DNA of 64,000 bases from Octopus vulgaris (GCA_951406725.2 OX597819.1:102734001-102798000); one strand, 5' to 3'; positions 1 to 12,678 are shown, numbered from the stretch's first letter. Notes: generated from the sequence alone by a model not told the origin. Program-made: numbers and translations.

Positions 1-280
1 ATCGACCTCGGCGAAATTTGATCCCAGAACTTAAAGGTAGACGAAATACCTATTTCTTTACTGCCCACAAGGGGCTAAACACAGAGAAGACAAACAAGGA
101 CAGACAAACGGATTAAGTCGATTATATTGACCCCAGTGCGTAACTGGTACTTATTTAATCGTTCCTGAAAGGATGAAAGGCAAAGTCGACCTCGATGGAA
201 TTTGAACTCAGAGCGTAGCGGCAGACGAAATACCGCGAAGCATTTCGCCTGGTGGGCTAACGTTTCTGCCAGCTCGCCGC
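1..280 (-). mobile_element. tRNA-derived SINE family A, dimeric form, cut by the window start
   Basis: Reverse strand reads GGCGGCGAGCTGGCAGAAACGTTAGC (A-box region), GAGTTCAAATTCC (B box), a GCCTTTCATCCTTTC body and tail-1 (GTGGGCAGTAAAGAAATAG), then restarts at GTATTTCGTC. More than 10 homologous copies occur in the window. Confidence 0.85.
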
Positions 281-384
281 CATTCTATCTATACGTATTA
301 GTTTCATTTCTATTACTTTCAATATATATATATATATGTGTGTGTGTATGTATGTATATGTATGTATATGTATATATGTGTGTA

Positions 385-466
<82 letters not shown>

Positions 467-577
467 GGTTTTGTTATACGGTATTGGGTTTTACAACACT
501 GTAATTAAAACTAGTGGTATTTATATGGATTCGAGACCCACGCGGATAGGAAAACTTACTATTTTTTATATCGAGGG

Positions 578-617
<40 letters not shown>

Positions 618-2074
618 ACACTTCACATGGAACTGAATATACAGACTCTACGTATGACAACAAAGTTATCCATGAGTCCTTTCTCCTCAGAAAAATACGA
701 GATTGACTGTCAATATGAAGTATAGCCCTCCTGGATTTGTGGCCAGAGCATCACGCCACAAGTTGAAGACAATGCTTTGACAACCCTAATGCATGGGACA
801 GATAAAGAATATCTCATAAAAAATGGGAAAGCGAAGTCCTTAAGATCCGTAGATGCGACCGTAAATATCGAATATGTTAGTCTTCTATAGCTCATGTTAT
901 CTCTAACTGTCCACAGACTTTATTGGGGTATATCTCACACTGAGATAAAGTGCAATGCCATGTCTAGAAAATTAATGCCCGGAGATAAATACAAACAAAA
1001 ACCTGTAGTATGGAATTCATACAGACATATAAGCACCAGGAATATTAGGGGAATTTTCCCATGGAAACTTCTATCAAGTAAAAACATAACAGGCATGGCG
1101 TAAGGTATGTACCCTCACAGAATTTCGTTGTCCTCGAAAATCAGCGGGAAAAAATATCTCCGGACAAATGCTCTGAAATCCGAAACTTCTCTTCTTTGAT
1201 AATATATTTACATCCAAACCAATGATCATTAGTGCTTTCGGTTATGTTGGTAAATGTCTGAGTCAAAATTTAGAGAAAATAGGCTGTTCAAGTAAAGCTA
1301 TCGTTTATGGTAAACTTTATGGATACACCCTGGAAGTTGAACAGCAAAAATAGGCAAGGCATTCTTTACGTTCGATATGTAACGCTTGTTGTTATCCAAA
1401 CTTCAATGATGGGCCTTTTTTTTCTTTGATGGAAACAAGCTTTTACATTCTGGAAATCATTCTAATAAATAAAAAGAAAATATATAAATTATTTCTTAAT
1501 CCGTTTCTCTATGTTTATTCATTTATATGTGTTTAACTTCTAAATCCACTTCAATTTATTTAACGACGTATTTAATATTCTCCTGTGTCATTTTCAATAT
1601 GTATTGGTTCCAGAGCTGCAACGTATGTTAAAACATCTTTAGGTAAATATAGACAACAGAATGGTTGTCTTCTGAGTGGTTATCTTCTGAAACACTAATT
1701 CTTTCCCCTCTCACTTTCTCTGTCTTTTTATCTCTTTCACTCAGATTTTTCTTCCAATTATTTCACTTCTACAGTTGTTTGTTGTTTTTGGATCAACTTC
1801 ATCGATCAGGTTGTATTCTGGTGTATTTACCTGTTTTATTATTTTTCTGAATGATGGTGGTAGTGCTGGTGGTGTTGGCTGTGGGAAGACTTGCGTTCAC
1901 AACATGAGTAGAATATGTATAGAATGACATATGAATGTGATATGATTTATATTAGAGCATGTACGCAAGTACTACTACGTATAAACACACGCGCAGACAT
2001 TTACACATTTACAACCATAAACGTACACAAAAATAATGCACATGCATATATACATACACATGCATATAAATGTA

Positions 2075-2114
<40 letters not shown>

Positions 2115-2146
2115 TATTATGTGTATTCACTAGATGTGCGTGGGTG

Positions 2147-2198
<52 letters not shown>

Positions 2199-2364
2199 GT
2201 ATGTATGTATGCATACATATGCATATATTCATGAAATAACGCGTGTGCAAGTATATATGTTGAATCGCAGATGTTACTGTTACAACGCAGATCATTATGT
2301 TAAATTTGAAAATAAAAATTATAGTTGCATAAACACACACGTATATGTGCTTCTGTACGTGTGC

Positions 2365-2456
<92 letters not shown>

Positions 2457-3055
2457 ATGCACAGAACACAAGAACACACACACGCATGTATATAGATGCT
2501 CACACAAGCATATACAATATATATAATTAAATGTGTATTGTCTGTGTCCATGTGCATGTGTGTATTTTATGAGTGTCAACGAAACGCATGCAAAAACGTA
2601 GAAAGCCAATGTAGTGGAGTAGAACTGAATATTAACCGGATGTTGAAGATATATAGTAAACTGTCAGTGTTCCGTGACCGAAAGTAATCCAAAATTAACA
2701 AGAGCACCAAATATAATTACATTTGATTTATGTCTACTCACGAGGCATCAAGATCTCCACACAAATATTCACACAAACATATGCAGACGTGCGACAAAAT
2801 CTGCATCACCGCACTTCCATAAGAAAATCAACGCATGTGTACCACAAACACACAGACCTATTCATATATATATAATGTACATTTATCTATTTATACAATA
2901 TGTGTATATCTGTATATGTGCATTTATCTATATATATGCAAATAAATATGCTATATGTATGTGGGTATGTATTTACGTTTATGGATACTATACGAACTTA
3001 TTCGTATAATCGCACATACTCGTAAGTATACAAATAAATCTATTAATCTTCATTA

Positions 3056-3116
3056 GGTATTCTTGATTGCTGTTATTGTTGTTGTTGTTGTTCTTCTTCT
3101 TCTTCTTCTTCTTCTA

Positions 3117-3155
<39 letters not shown>

Positions 3156-3273
3156 TTAATGACAATAATAATAATAATTATTATCATTATTATTAACATT
3201 ATTATTATTATCATTATTATTATTATCATTATTATTATTACTGTCATTATTACAAGTATTATTATTATTGTTG

Positions 3274-3362
<89 letters not shown>
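3056..3362. repeat. Compound (GTT/CTT/AAT/ATT)n microsatellite
   Basis: Trinucleotide tracts seen directly; they abut the 3' end of the minus-strand RLE retroelement. Confidence 0.95.
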
Positions 3363-3365
<3 letters not shown>

Positions 3366-4394
3366 TAGTCTGTACTACCGAGCGCAGCTCTGTGAGCATT
3401 GGGCATGTGCTGTAGTTTGTTGTGATGCTCTTATAGTTACTGAATTGAAAGTGTTTTTTTACGTAGGATGTGTGCGGTGCCTAGTAGTGCTATTTTCTGT
3501 ATGTTATATATATTTGTTAGTCCTGGTGTTTTTGTTATGTATTTGTCAGAATAATTTTTTATCAAACCAAATGCACCCAATATGAAAGAAATTCTTTCTG
3601 TTTTAAGACTCCACATTCGATTTACCTCTATTTCCAGATATTTCTATTTTGAAGGTTTCTCCGTTTCTGTTAGAGAAACGTTGTCCTCTGTTGGTATTGA
3701 TACATCAATTAGAAAGCATTTTTTGTCTTCATGATCTTTGACAACAATATCTGGCCTATTGGCCTTAATTTCTCTATCTGAGTGTATTGGCATATCCCAT
3801 AGTAATTGCTTTCTCATTTTCTTTGACCTTTTCTGGCGTATGCTTATACCATCGTTTTTCTATTGATATTGACATAGCTTCCAGTATTTGTAGGTCCCAA
3901 CTCTGTCGTATCTGTGAATATATTCCTTCTTAGCCAGCGCTGGGCAGCCAGAGACAATAGGAAAATTTGTTTCTTGTCCATCTCCACATATTCTGCAGTT
4001 ACTTATTATATTTCTTTTCATTATATATTTATAGTAATTTCTGATGGGGAGGCTTTGGTCTTGTGCTGCAATTAAGAATCCCTCGGTCTCTGCTTTGAGT
4101 CCTGAGCTTCTCAGCCATTGTTAGGATTTTACTTTGCCTATTTCTTTTGCGTTTAGTTTAATCCAGTAGTTTCGATGAAGGGGCTTTTTTTCCATCGTTT
4201 TATCATGATCCGTTGCTGTTCTAGTTTTAGTTTGGATTTCATTTGTTTTACAGCTTTCGTTGTTTCTTCTTTTCCTTCAAAGTTGTTAGGTAGTATGACT
4301 TCTTGTTAGTATTTGTCAGCTTCCTTAAAGACTGAAAATAGTTTTTTGCTTTGTTCGTGTTTTGTGGCTATTTGTATCATTATTAAACATTACT
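3361..4394 (-). mobile_element. R4/Dong-type RLE non-LTR retrotransposon, 3' part (zinc knuckle and restriction-like endonuclease), pseudogenised
   Basis: Manual minus-strand translation gives WLRSSGLKAETEGFLIAAQDQSL, CRICGDGQET..IVSGCPALAKKEYIHRYDRV, LWDMPIHSDREIKANRPDIVVKD and IQKIALLGTAHILR. Frameshifts and stops are present, and ATT tracts flank both sides. Confidence 0.9.
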
Positions 4395-4396
4395 AT

Positions 4397-4469
<73 letters not shown>

Positions 4470-4589
4470 CATCATCATCATTATTATCATCATCATTATC
4501 ATTATCATCATCATCATCATCATCATCATCAGCCTTATTATTATTATTATTATATTTGTTGTTGTTGTTGTTGTTATTATTATTATTCA

Positions 4590-5040
4590 ATTGTCTGATT
4601 TTTAACCCATGCTCTCTTTGCACTTGCGAGCTCAACTCTATGTATCGTGCTGTTTTGAAAGCAGCCTCGTAATATGCTTGCTATGATTAGCAGAGCTACT
4701 TTTTGTGTTATGCGCCTTTATGTTGCGGGTTTGGTCATGTATTTTAAGGAGTGGAGAGCTTCGCTCTTGTGCCGCTATCAAGAACCCTTCAGTTTCTGCT
4801 TTGTGAAACCCATTTCTCACCTTGTGTTAGGATTTTTCTTTATCTATTTCTACTTTGTTCAGATTTTTTTTTCAAAATTGGCCCTGTTGGTTTTTTTCTT
4901 GCCATCGTTTTTGTTTACATTTTAACTGTTTCACGATTTCTGTTGTTGTTTGACCGATTTTTTTATAGTTATCTGACATTGCAGCCTCCATTTTCAATTT
5001 GCTAGCTTACTTTCAAGCAGAAAACAGGCAGTATTCTGCG
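4590..5040 (-). mobile_element. Second, more decayed R4/Dong-type fragment
   Basis: ORF 4638-4820 contains KAETEGFLIAAQE, the same motif as the adjacent copy. Confidence 0.7.
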
Positions 5041-5059
5041 GGCGTACCATTCTTTTATA

Positions 5060-5225
5060 GGCGCAGGAGTGGCTGTGTGGTAAGTAGCTTGTTTACCAAC
5101 CACATGGTTCCGGGTTCAGTCTCACTGCGTGGCACCTTGGGCAAGTGTCTTCTACTATAGCCTCGGGCCGACCAAAGCCTTGTGAGTGGATTTGGTAGAT
5201 GGAAACTGAAAAGAAACCTGTCGTA

Positions 5226-5258
<33 letters not shown>

Positions 5259-5480
5259 GCGTGTGTGTGTTTGTGTATCTGTGTTTGTCCCCCTAGCATT
5301 GCTTGACAACCGATGCTGGTGTGTTCATGTCCCCGTTACTAAGCGGTTCGGCAAAAGAGACCGATAGAATAAGTACTGGACTTACAAAAGAATAAGAACC
5401 GGGGTCGAGTTGCTCGATTAAAGGCGGTGCTCCAGCATGGCCGCAGTCAAATGATTGAAACAAGTAAAAGAGTAAAAGAG
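5060..5480 (+). mobile_element. tRNA-derived SINE family B (CORE-like), full length with internal (TA)n/(TG)n
   Basis: GGCGCAGGAGTGGCTGTGTGGTAAG head, GGTTCAGT B-box-like motif, CCTTGGGCAAGTG CORE-like motif, and 3' tail CAGCATGGCCGCAGTCAAATGA.TGAAAC ending in GTAAAAGA repeats. At least 7 other copies occur in the window. Confidence 0.85.
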
Positions 5481-5508
5481 GAAAGAGAGTATCAGTGCTA
5501 AGCAGTGG

Positions 5509-5935
5509 TAAGGAATAAATGAACTTCAGGTTAGTTATGCTTATGACATATCTTAACTGCAGCCTTCAGAAGTTTAAATGTGTCATAAACATATTTAAAC
5601 TAACCTGAAATTCGTTTATTCCTTATGACCTCGTAGCATTTATGCAGGGGAGCAGTCCGCGAGCTCAATCAGTTCACTGATATTGGCTGTTTTAAGATGA
5701 AAATACGGCTTTAGAAGCTATCTACAGTTGTTTCCCTTCACTATCTTTGACTGAGGAAGGCTAAGGAGCCAGAACACGTCCGAGAGAGAGAGAGAGAGAG
5801 ACTGAGTAGATATGACGCTTTTATACCTTTTCCCATAAGCACCTTTTCCATGGTAAGTGCAGTAAATTTGCCTTTAGAAGTTAAAATACATCACAAAGAT
5901 ATTTTAACTAACCTAAAGTCGCTTATTGCTTTGTT
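5509..5935 (+). mobile_element. Small non-autonomous element with an inverted arm, a ~310 bp direct repeat and a degenerate hammerhead-like core (Penelope/retrozyme-like)
   Basis: 5509-5550 is an inverted copy of 5579-5625. 5568-5625 recurs, diverged, at ~5876-5931. CTGAGGA-AGGCT-AAGG-AGCC-AGAACAC-GTC lies at 5751-5780. Confidence 0.5.
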
Positions 5936-5949
5936 CATGCTTTATTGCT

Positions 5950-7560
5950 ATTTTAATTAACTTTCCATAATTCTATTCAAAATAATTTTTTTAGATTCTA
6001 CGGTGGATGTTTTGCAATCATTTACTAGTTGTGTAATGACCCTGCTTCTTCGTGGGAAATATAGACATTCAACGTTGGATTTTTGTGTGGAGTATTATAA
6101 ATATACTCATTATTTTCCCATTAAAACCGTAGCATATTACTAGGGTGGCTTGTGTATTGATTCCTATTACCTTTTTTCTTTTTTCACATTTAGCTCTGCT
6201 TTCATTATTAATCTAATGCGTCTAGAATATTCCTTCCTAACATTTTCCTTTATTTGCGTGCTCATTTGTTCCAGTATATTTGTATGACTGAGTTTATCTC
6301 AATTTATTTAGCATGATATTAGTGTTCTGAAACAATTCTCTTCTCTACAAGATAATTTATGCTCATTTTCTTAGTCGAATCTCATACTTATTTCTTTGAT
6401 AAATCTCTTTACTATCTGCTATAATATTTTTACTTGAGATTATCCACACAAAAATATTATTAATCATCATAACATTTGTAACCACATCTAGTTCTGTTGA
6501 ATATGTCAGTGGAAGGCATCGTCACTAAACAGTAGAAGAACGAATAAAAGAGTTTGCCTGGAATACTCCTCTTGAAATATTTTAACCAGGAGTTGAGAAC
6601 CTTATTATGCTCGAATGCTTTCCAATGACTCATTTATTGCAAAATCTGGCTTACTTCTTCCTTTAATCTGTACACCCGTTGCTATTTCGTTGGTTTTGTT
6701 CAATTCCGAAGTAATTCTTTTATTGCACATAGTCTACTCCAAAAGTTTTCGATTTTTTCACTGCTGATGCTGCATCTTCTTTTTACTAAGTTCTTGATGT
6801 AATCGTTTTCGGCTGTTCATTCTTTTCCAAAAGGAAATTGCTCTGAAATAAAGACATAGTAAAACAAGAGTGCTCAGAGAGCGCAAACCTCCGCCAAGGC
6901 AATACCAAAGTCCTCTCAACGATTTGCTCTCACAAACGAGAAAGCCAAGGATGAACCTGTCTGCTCTCAAAGATTAAGTGAAAAAAAAAAAAGGAAAGTT
7001 ATCCAGAATCCTTGTCCGGTACCCGATCGGTCTCAAAATCTAATCAGTTAGTGCCAGTTACGATGCCAAATATCCCTGAAATATCTTGTCCACGGACAAA
7101 CAAACAAAACAAATGCGATTGAGACAATACCTCCGCCTTCGTTATGGCGGAGGCAATAGAATAAAGTAAAAAGTGAATTACTGGATGCTTGCAGTCAAAC
7201 TTCGAGATTTTTTGCTTTGAATGTCTTTTTTCTTAATAATTTTGTAACAAATTTTGACCTGTTATGTTGTTGTTAACCGGATAAATATTCTTTTGATATA
7301 TTGATTTAATAAACATTAACGTTTGTTGCCCGTTGCAACAACAGCTCATTTCCACTATCCGAATATTCTCCCAGAACTTTAATGTACATTTAATTCTTGT
7401 GTTTACTAAAATTTCTTAAACTAAAATTTTATTAAAAGATCTGCTTTCTTCTTTCATTGCAGACTTCGCATGACTTATGATTCCTTCGCTAAGAATTCTA
7501 TGACGGCATACAGCTCCTGTTTGAAGCCTATTTGGTTTCAATGAAGAGCACGAAAAGAGT
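5950..7560 (-). mobile_element. Heavily decayed R4/Dong-type reverse transcriptase region, interrupted by a HINE
   Basis: Minus-strand peptide fragments IENFWSRL, MSHWKAFEHNKVLNSWLKYF, INNIFCVDNLK (YMDDLK-like), VRKEYSRRIRLIMKAELN and SNVECLYFPRR appear in the expected RT order. Confidence 0.65.
6863..7157 (-). mobile_element. Non-autonomous Helentron-associated element (HINE/DINE-1-like)
   Basis: Hairpin CCTCCGCC-ttcgttat-GGCGGAGG at 7130-7153, a (CAAA)n tract, a second CCTCCGCC subterminal repeat at 6888-6895, and a small terminal hairpin (minus strand GCGCTCTCTGAGCAC) followed by a T-run. Confidence 0.75.
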
Positions 7561-7886
7561 TGATATAGAAGAGTTACTCCGCCAGTATGCTTTAATTTGA
7601 AAGACTTATGTCAATAAAAATGGTGTACCTACGTTTGCACTACTTACTGTGCAAACGTAATAATAATTGATATAGGCTCTTTTGTGGGGGGAGGATATTG
7701 CAGTAATCACTAAATATCTACAATAATTATACTATGGAAAATTTTATTTCTGGTAATTCCATATTTTTATACAAAAGTGGAGTTTTGTGGGTGCGTAGTT
7801 GAGTAGGTGTATGAGTTCTTGTAAAGTTATCTATATAAACATATGCCATATATGTATATATATATGTATATATATATATGTATATG

Positions 7887-7926
<40 letters not shown>

Positions 7927-8127
7927 CGTGTTCATAACTCCCAAATGGGATTCAGAGTGAGTTATCTTGCCTGTCTAAGACTAAGGTGTTTTAACACCGA
8001 TGACATAAGAGTATATACACCCCACTATGCCACTGCAGCCACCGGAAGATACACAAAGCATATACGTTAGCATATGTATTTACTAATATTTATTACACTA
8101 GAGCTGTTTCTACCTCGTTAGACGTGT

Positions 8128-8192
<65 letters not shown>

Positions 8193-9067
8193 TGTGTGTG
8201 TCTGAGTGTTTGCATATGTATGTATTTATAAATCCATGTCGATAAAAATAGAAATATTTACGGATGTGTGTATACACACATACACTCACACACAGAGAAA
8301 TTTATGCATATATGCGACATACACGGAAATACACAGACACATATACATATACATACACACATATATATACATATATGTACTGCTCCGACTGTGTTTAATT
8401 TTTAACGCATTTATATCACTAGTTTTAAAGGTTATCATTTTTTCAGCAATTGTGTAGTTTCTGATATTTCTAGGCGTTTACACTTGAATGGCTTCATTTT
8501 TTTAAAGCTTTTCACATACATTGCTTTTTGTTCATAATTCACTCTGTTTTTTGTATTCCACTTCCTCCCTCCAACGAAGCTTTATTAGAATATTTTCTTC
8601 TTTATCTCTAAAATATTTATCGTACAATTCTTCCAATTTTCGTTCATCTACTCCTCCTCCTCCTCGTCTTCCTCTTCCTTATTCCTACCATTTTGTTTCT
8701 CCTTCTGCTTATTCTTTTCTTGCTTTATTTTTCTTTTTTTTTACTCCTTCCTTCGCTCCTGTCTTTTCGTACCCAGGTATGTTTCTATTTATTTATTTAC
8801 GTATTTCATTTTAACATCGTTATATCAAAACGAAAGCTTGTACGATTTATGCAGTATCTTCTATACCAAAATCACTCCACAATGTTTCTTACATATTTGC
8901 TGAGATTCTAGTTCGCTTTAGCTATAACTCTCTTCCTAGTGATGTGATTTCTTCATTCTCGACCGAAGGTCAGAACCGCGAGAACGATTAGTCAAATAAT
9001 TCAGATACCAATATGAGATACTTCAATGTTTTACTGTTGAATAATCTCTCATTGTTCTTGGTTGCTT

Positions 9068-9127
<60 letters not shown>

Positions 9128-9131
<4 letters not shown>

Positions 9132-9260
9132 TAAAGGGTGAAACATAATTAATTTAATAAAATCAATAAATTTCACCAAGTAGTATTTCGGTATGGAAAG
9201 GACCATATTCGGTACAAATTTATATAAAAATTTATTCGGTAAAACCCTTTATTATAATTA
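9128..9260. repeat. Short insert within (TA)n with inverted AAAGGGT ends
   Basis: ATAAAGGGT on the left and ACCCTTTTAT on the right. The start resembles 39808-39853 (AAAGGG...ACCAAGTAG). Confidence 0.5.
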
Positions 9261-9306
9261 TATATATATATATATGTATATATATATACATTAATACTTA
9301 TATATA

Positions 9307-9630
9307 GCAATAATAACTCTCTGTACGATGTATAGACAGTAGCTGCACAACATTGTGAAGTATATTTGCCACATAAATCTGGAAACCACTTCACATCGAC
9401 AACCGGTGATTGTCACACGCTGATGACTGGCCAGATATCCAGAAACTCGGGTCAGTGTGTATCACGTCAGGTTGGAGATAGGAAGGATGGCTTCCCTTTG
9501 CAAATACTGATAGGGCATAGAAAGTGTGTCAATAGCCAGCTGGCGGAGGTGTCCTCCTGGGGCTACAAGCTACAGTAGCATCTACTCTTGAGAGTTACCC
9601 AGATTTAAGTGTCAAATATACTTCACGATA
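9307..9630 (+). mobile_element. ~320 bp element flanked by TA-rich repeats, with 28 bp inverted arms enclosing a hammerhead motif
   Basis: 9355-9382 GTGAAGTATATTTGCCACATAAATCTGG is the reverse complement of 9599-9626 with 2 mismatches. Confidence 0.65.
9414..9459 (+). ncRNA. Minimal type I hammerhead ribozyme motif
   Basis: CACAC-G-CTGATGA-C-TGG(ccagatat)CCA-GAAA-C-TCGG-GTC-A-GTGTG. It has an intact CUGAUGA and GAAA core, a GUC cleavage triplet, stem I CACAC/GTGTG and short stems II and III. Confidence 0.7.
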
Positions 9631-9913
9631 TTTATATATACATATATATACATATGTATATGTATTTACATGCATGTATATATATATATGTATATGTATA
9701 TACATATACACTTATATAGATATATACGCATGTACACCTATATACATAAATATATATATATATTTGTGTGTGTATATAATATATCATACACATATATATA
9801 TACATACATACATGTCTATATACATACGTATAAGTCTATACATACACGTATATATACATATATATCTGTAGATATGTACACTTATATACATACACACATA
9901 TATATATATCATA

Positions 9914-9952
<39 letters not shown>

Positions 9953-10053
9953 CAACATACACGTCTATATACATGCCAATATATATGTTTATGTGTGTGT
10001 TTGTGCATGTGGACGTATGTGTGTATGCATACATACATATATGTATATATACA

Positions 10054-10089
<36 letters not shown>

Positions 10090-10193
10090 CCAGCATGGCC
10101 ACAGCTCGTGAGCTGAAACTAGATGAATTAATTTTTTTAATATTATATATATATATATATACATCTATATATGCGTATGTATTCATACTTAAG

Positions 10194-10244
<51 letters not shown>

Positions 10245-10257
10245 TAACACACACATA

Positions 10258-10364
<107 letters not shown>

Positions 10365-11245
10365 AATACATATGTACATAGACGAAATATAAATCAATTT
10401 TGCTGGACAGTAATAACTTACCTTCAGCACCCTACTATAATACTTTTCGCGTGAAATTATCTGAATTTCACACATCATTTCTCATTTTCGCATAATTCCC
10501 ATCACATTTTTCATTCTTCTCCTATTGTCATCCTTTCTCTCAAAGCAACAACAACAACAACAACAACAACCCAACTGCCATATCTTTTATAATTTATTTG
10601 TTCAAGTCTCCTCTCCCTCACACACGATCCCTCCCATACTTACCCGTATATCATTCCCTCTCACCCTCTCCTACTGACTCCCACCTTCTGTCTCCCATTT
10701 CTACATATCTCGTTTATATTTTTCTCCTTCTCATGTTCTATATTGTACTATATTTAAAATGTTTATTATTCTCCATTTTGGTTTTTTTTTTCCGTTCCAC
10801 CGCCTCCATATTTCGTGTCTTGCTCTATTCAATCCGCCATTATATTTCACCTGTTGGTTTATTCTGCTTTATTTATTGTTCATTTTTCGGCTCACTTCCC
10901 ATTTCTATGTTCGTCTATATTCTAGTGTCTGCCTTTCATTATTATTTTTTTTTTTGGTTCATAGAATACTTTTAATGATGTGAGAGCATACATACATGCA
11001 AACATACAGATACGCATATATATATATATGTAAATATATATATACATATATATACATACATACATATATATATATTCAATATATATTTATATATAAGTGC
11101 CTATATAATAGAATATATGCATATTTTTACATATATATACAAATGTATATGTACATATATATTTATAAACAAATGTATATATACATAAAAATATAGATGT
11201 ATTTATGTATTTCTATACGTGTGTATGCAGTCATATATATGCACG

Positions 11246-11278
<33 letters not shown>

Positions 11279-11849
11279 GTGTGTGTTTGTGTGTGTATGT
11301 TTGTGTTTGTATATGTATATACGTATATATATACATATACATACGTACGTGCATACATACATAATACACACATTCATACATACATATATACATACACACA
11401 TACATACATATATACATACATACATACACACATACATACAGACACACATACATACATATATACAGCAATGGACTCATTTCCCTGACTATATTTGTATATA
11501 TATACGTGCGTGTATGTTTTGCAAGCCTCAATTTGTGTTTTCAATATTTTTTCCGCCATGTTCTATAATTGCTGTACATATTAAAAAAGTAAATGAATTA
11601 ACGTCTTTCGTACATGCTTAAATTCTCATTTGACCTACCCCTGCACACCACCACCCCTCGGCAAACGACACCACATCACACTAAACCGTAACACTCCACA
11701 CCCTCACTGTAGCCACAATATGTAGTCTTGAACTTCCTTGTTTCTATTCAATTTACTCTCCATATTAAAATGCACACTGATTATACACACGCATACAAGC
11801 ATTATACATTCATACATATATACATACACATACCTACACACACACACAC

Positions 11850-11907
<58 letters not shown>

Positions 11908-12101
11908 ATATACATATAACTATATGCATATATATATATATATGCATATATTCATATATATGGATATATGTGTGTATGTATATATGAATGTATATGTGTG
12001 TGTATATGTATCTGTACACTGACACACTCACACTCTCATATCTGTGTGTATATTTTATTTTTCAATGCGTTTATGTATGCTTCTGCAGCTGTATATGTAT
12101 T

Positions 12102-12156
<55 letters not shown>

Positions 12157-12644
12157 ATATATATATATGTGTGTTCATTAAAATTTATTTCCCTTTTCCG
12201 GCGAATGGCGACGATTGTGATATATTTGCTGATCCATTTAGCGTGAGTGTGTTCATGTATATGTGTGTGTGTGTTCATGTGTGTGCATGCTTGTATGTGT
12301 ATATTTATAATTATATGATTGCATTTGTTTGTTTGTGTACATTAGACTGCGTCTCTCTAGTTTTTAGTTTTATATATTTTGTTATTGGGAGAACAATCTT
12401 AGTTGTTGGGCGTGTATAGACACATTGTAGTCCATTGAAAAGCATTCATAACTCTGTCCCTGCCAAAATATTGGAACACTTGTCATGCTTCGCTAATAAC
12501 TATAACCACGCCTCTTCAACGAAACCGAAATGATAAACCCAAAACCGAATCACATACTGTTTTGTTTTTCTTCTCTTTTCTCCCTTTCACAATCTGTGAA
12601 TCTCTGTTTAGGAACATATATATATATATATATATAAATGTATG

Positions 12645-12678
<34 letters not shown>

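Noticed and set aside
615-1140. Unique-looking sequence that might be coding; likewise 23100-24290, 30100-30420 and 56420-56830
   Set aside because: No recognisable motif or second copy in the window; probably old repeats, but this cannot be supported from the sequence alone.
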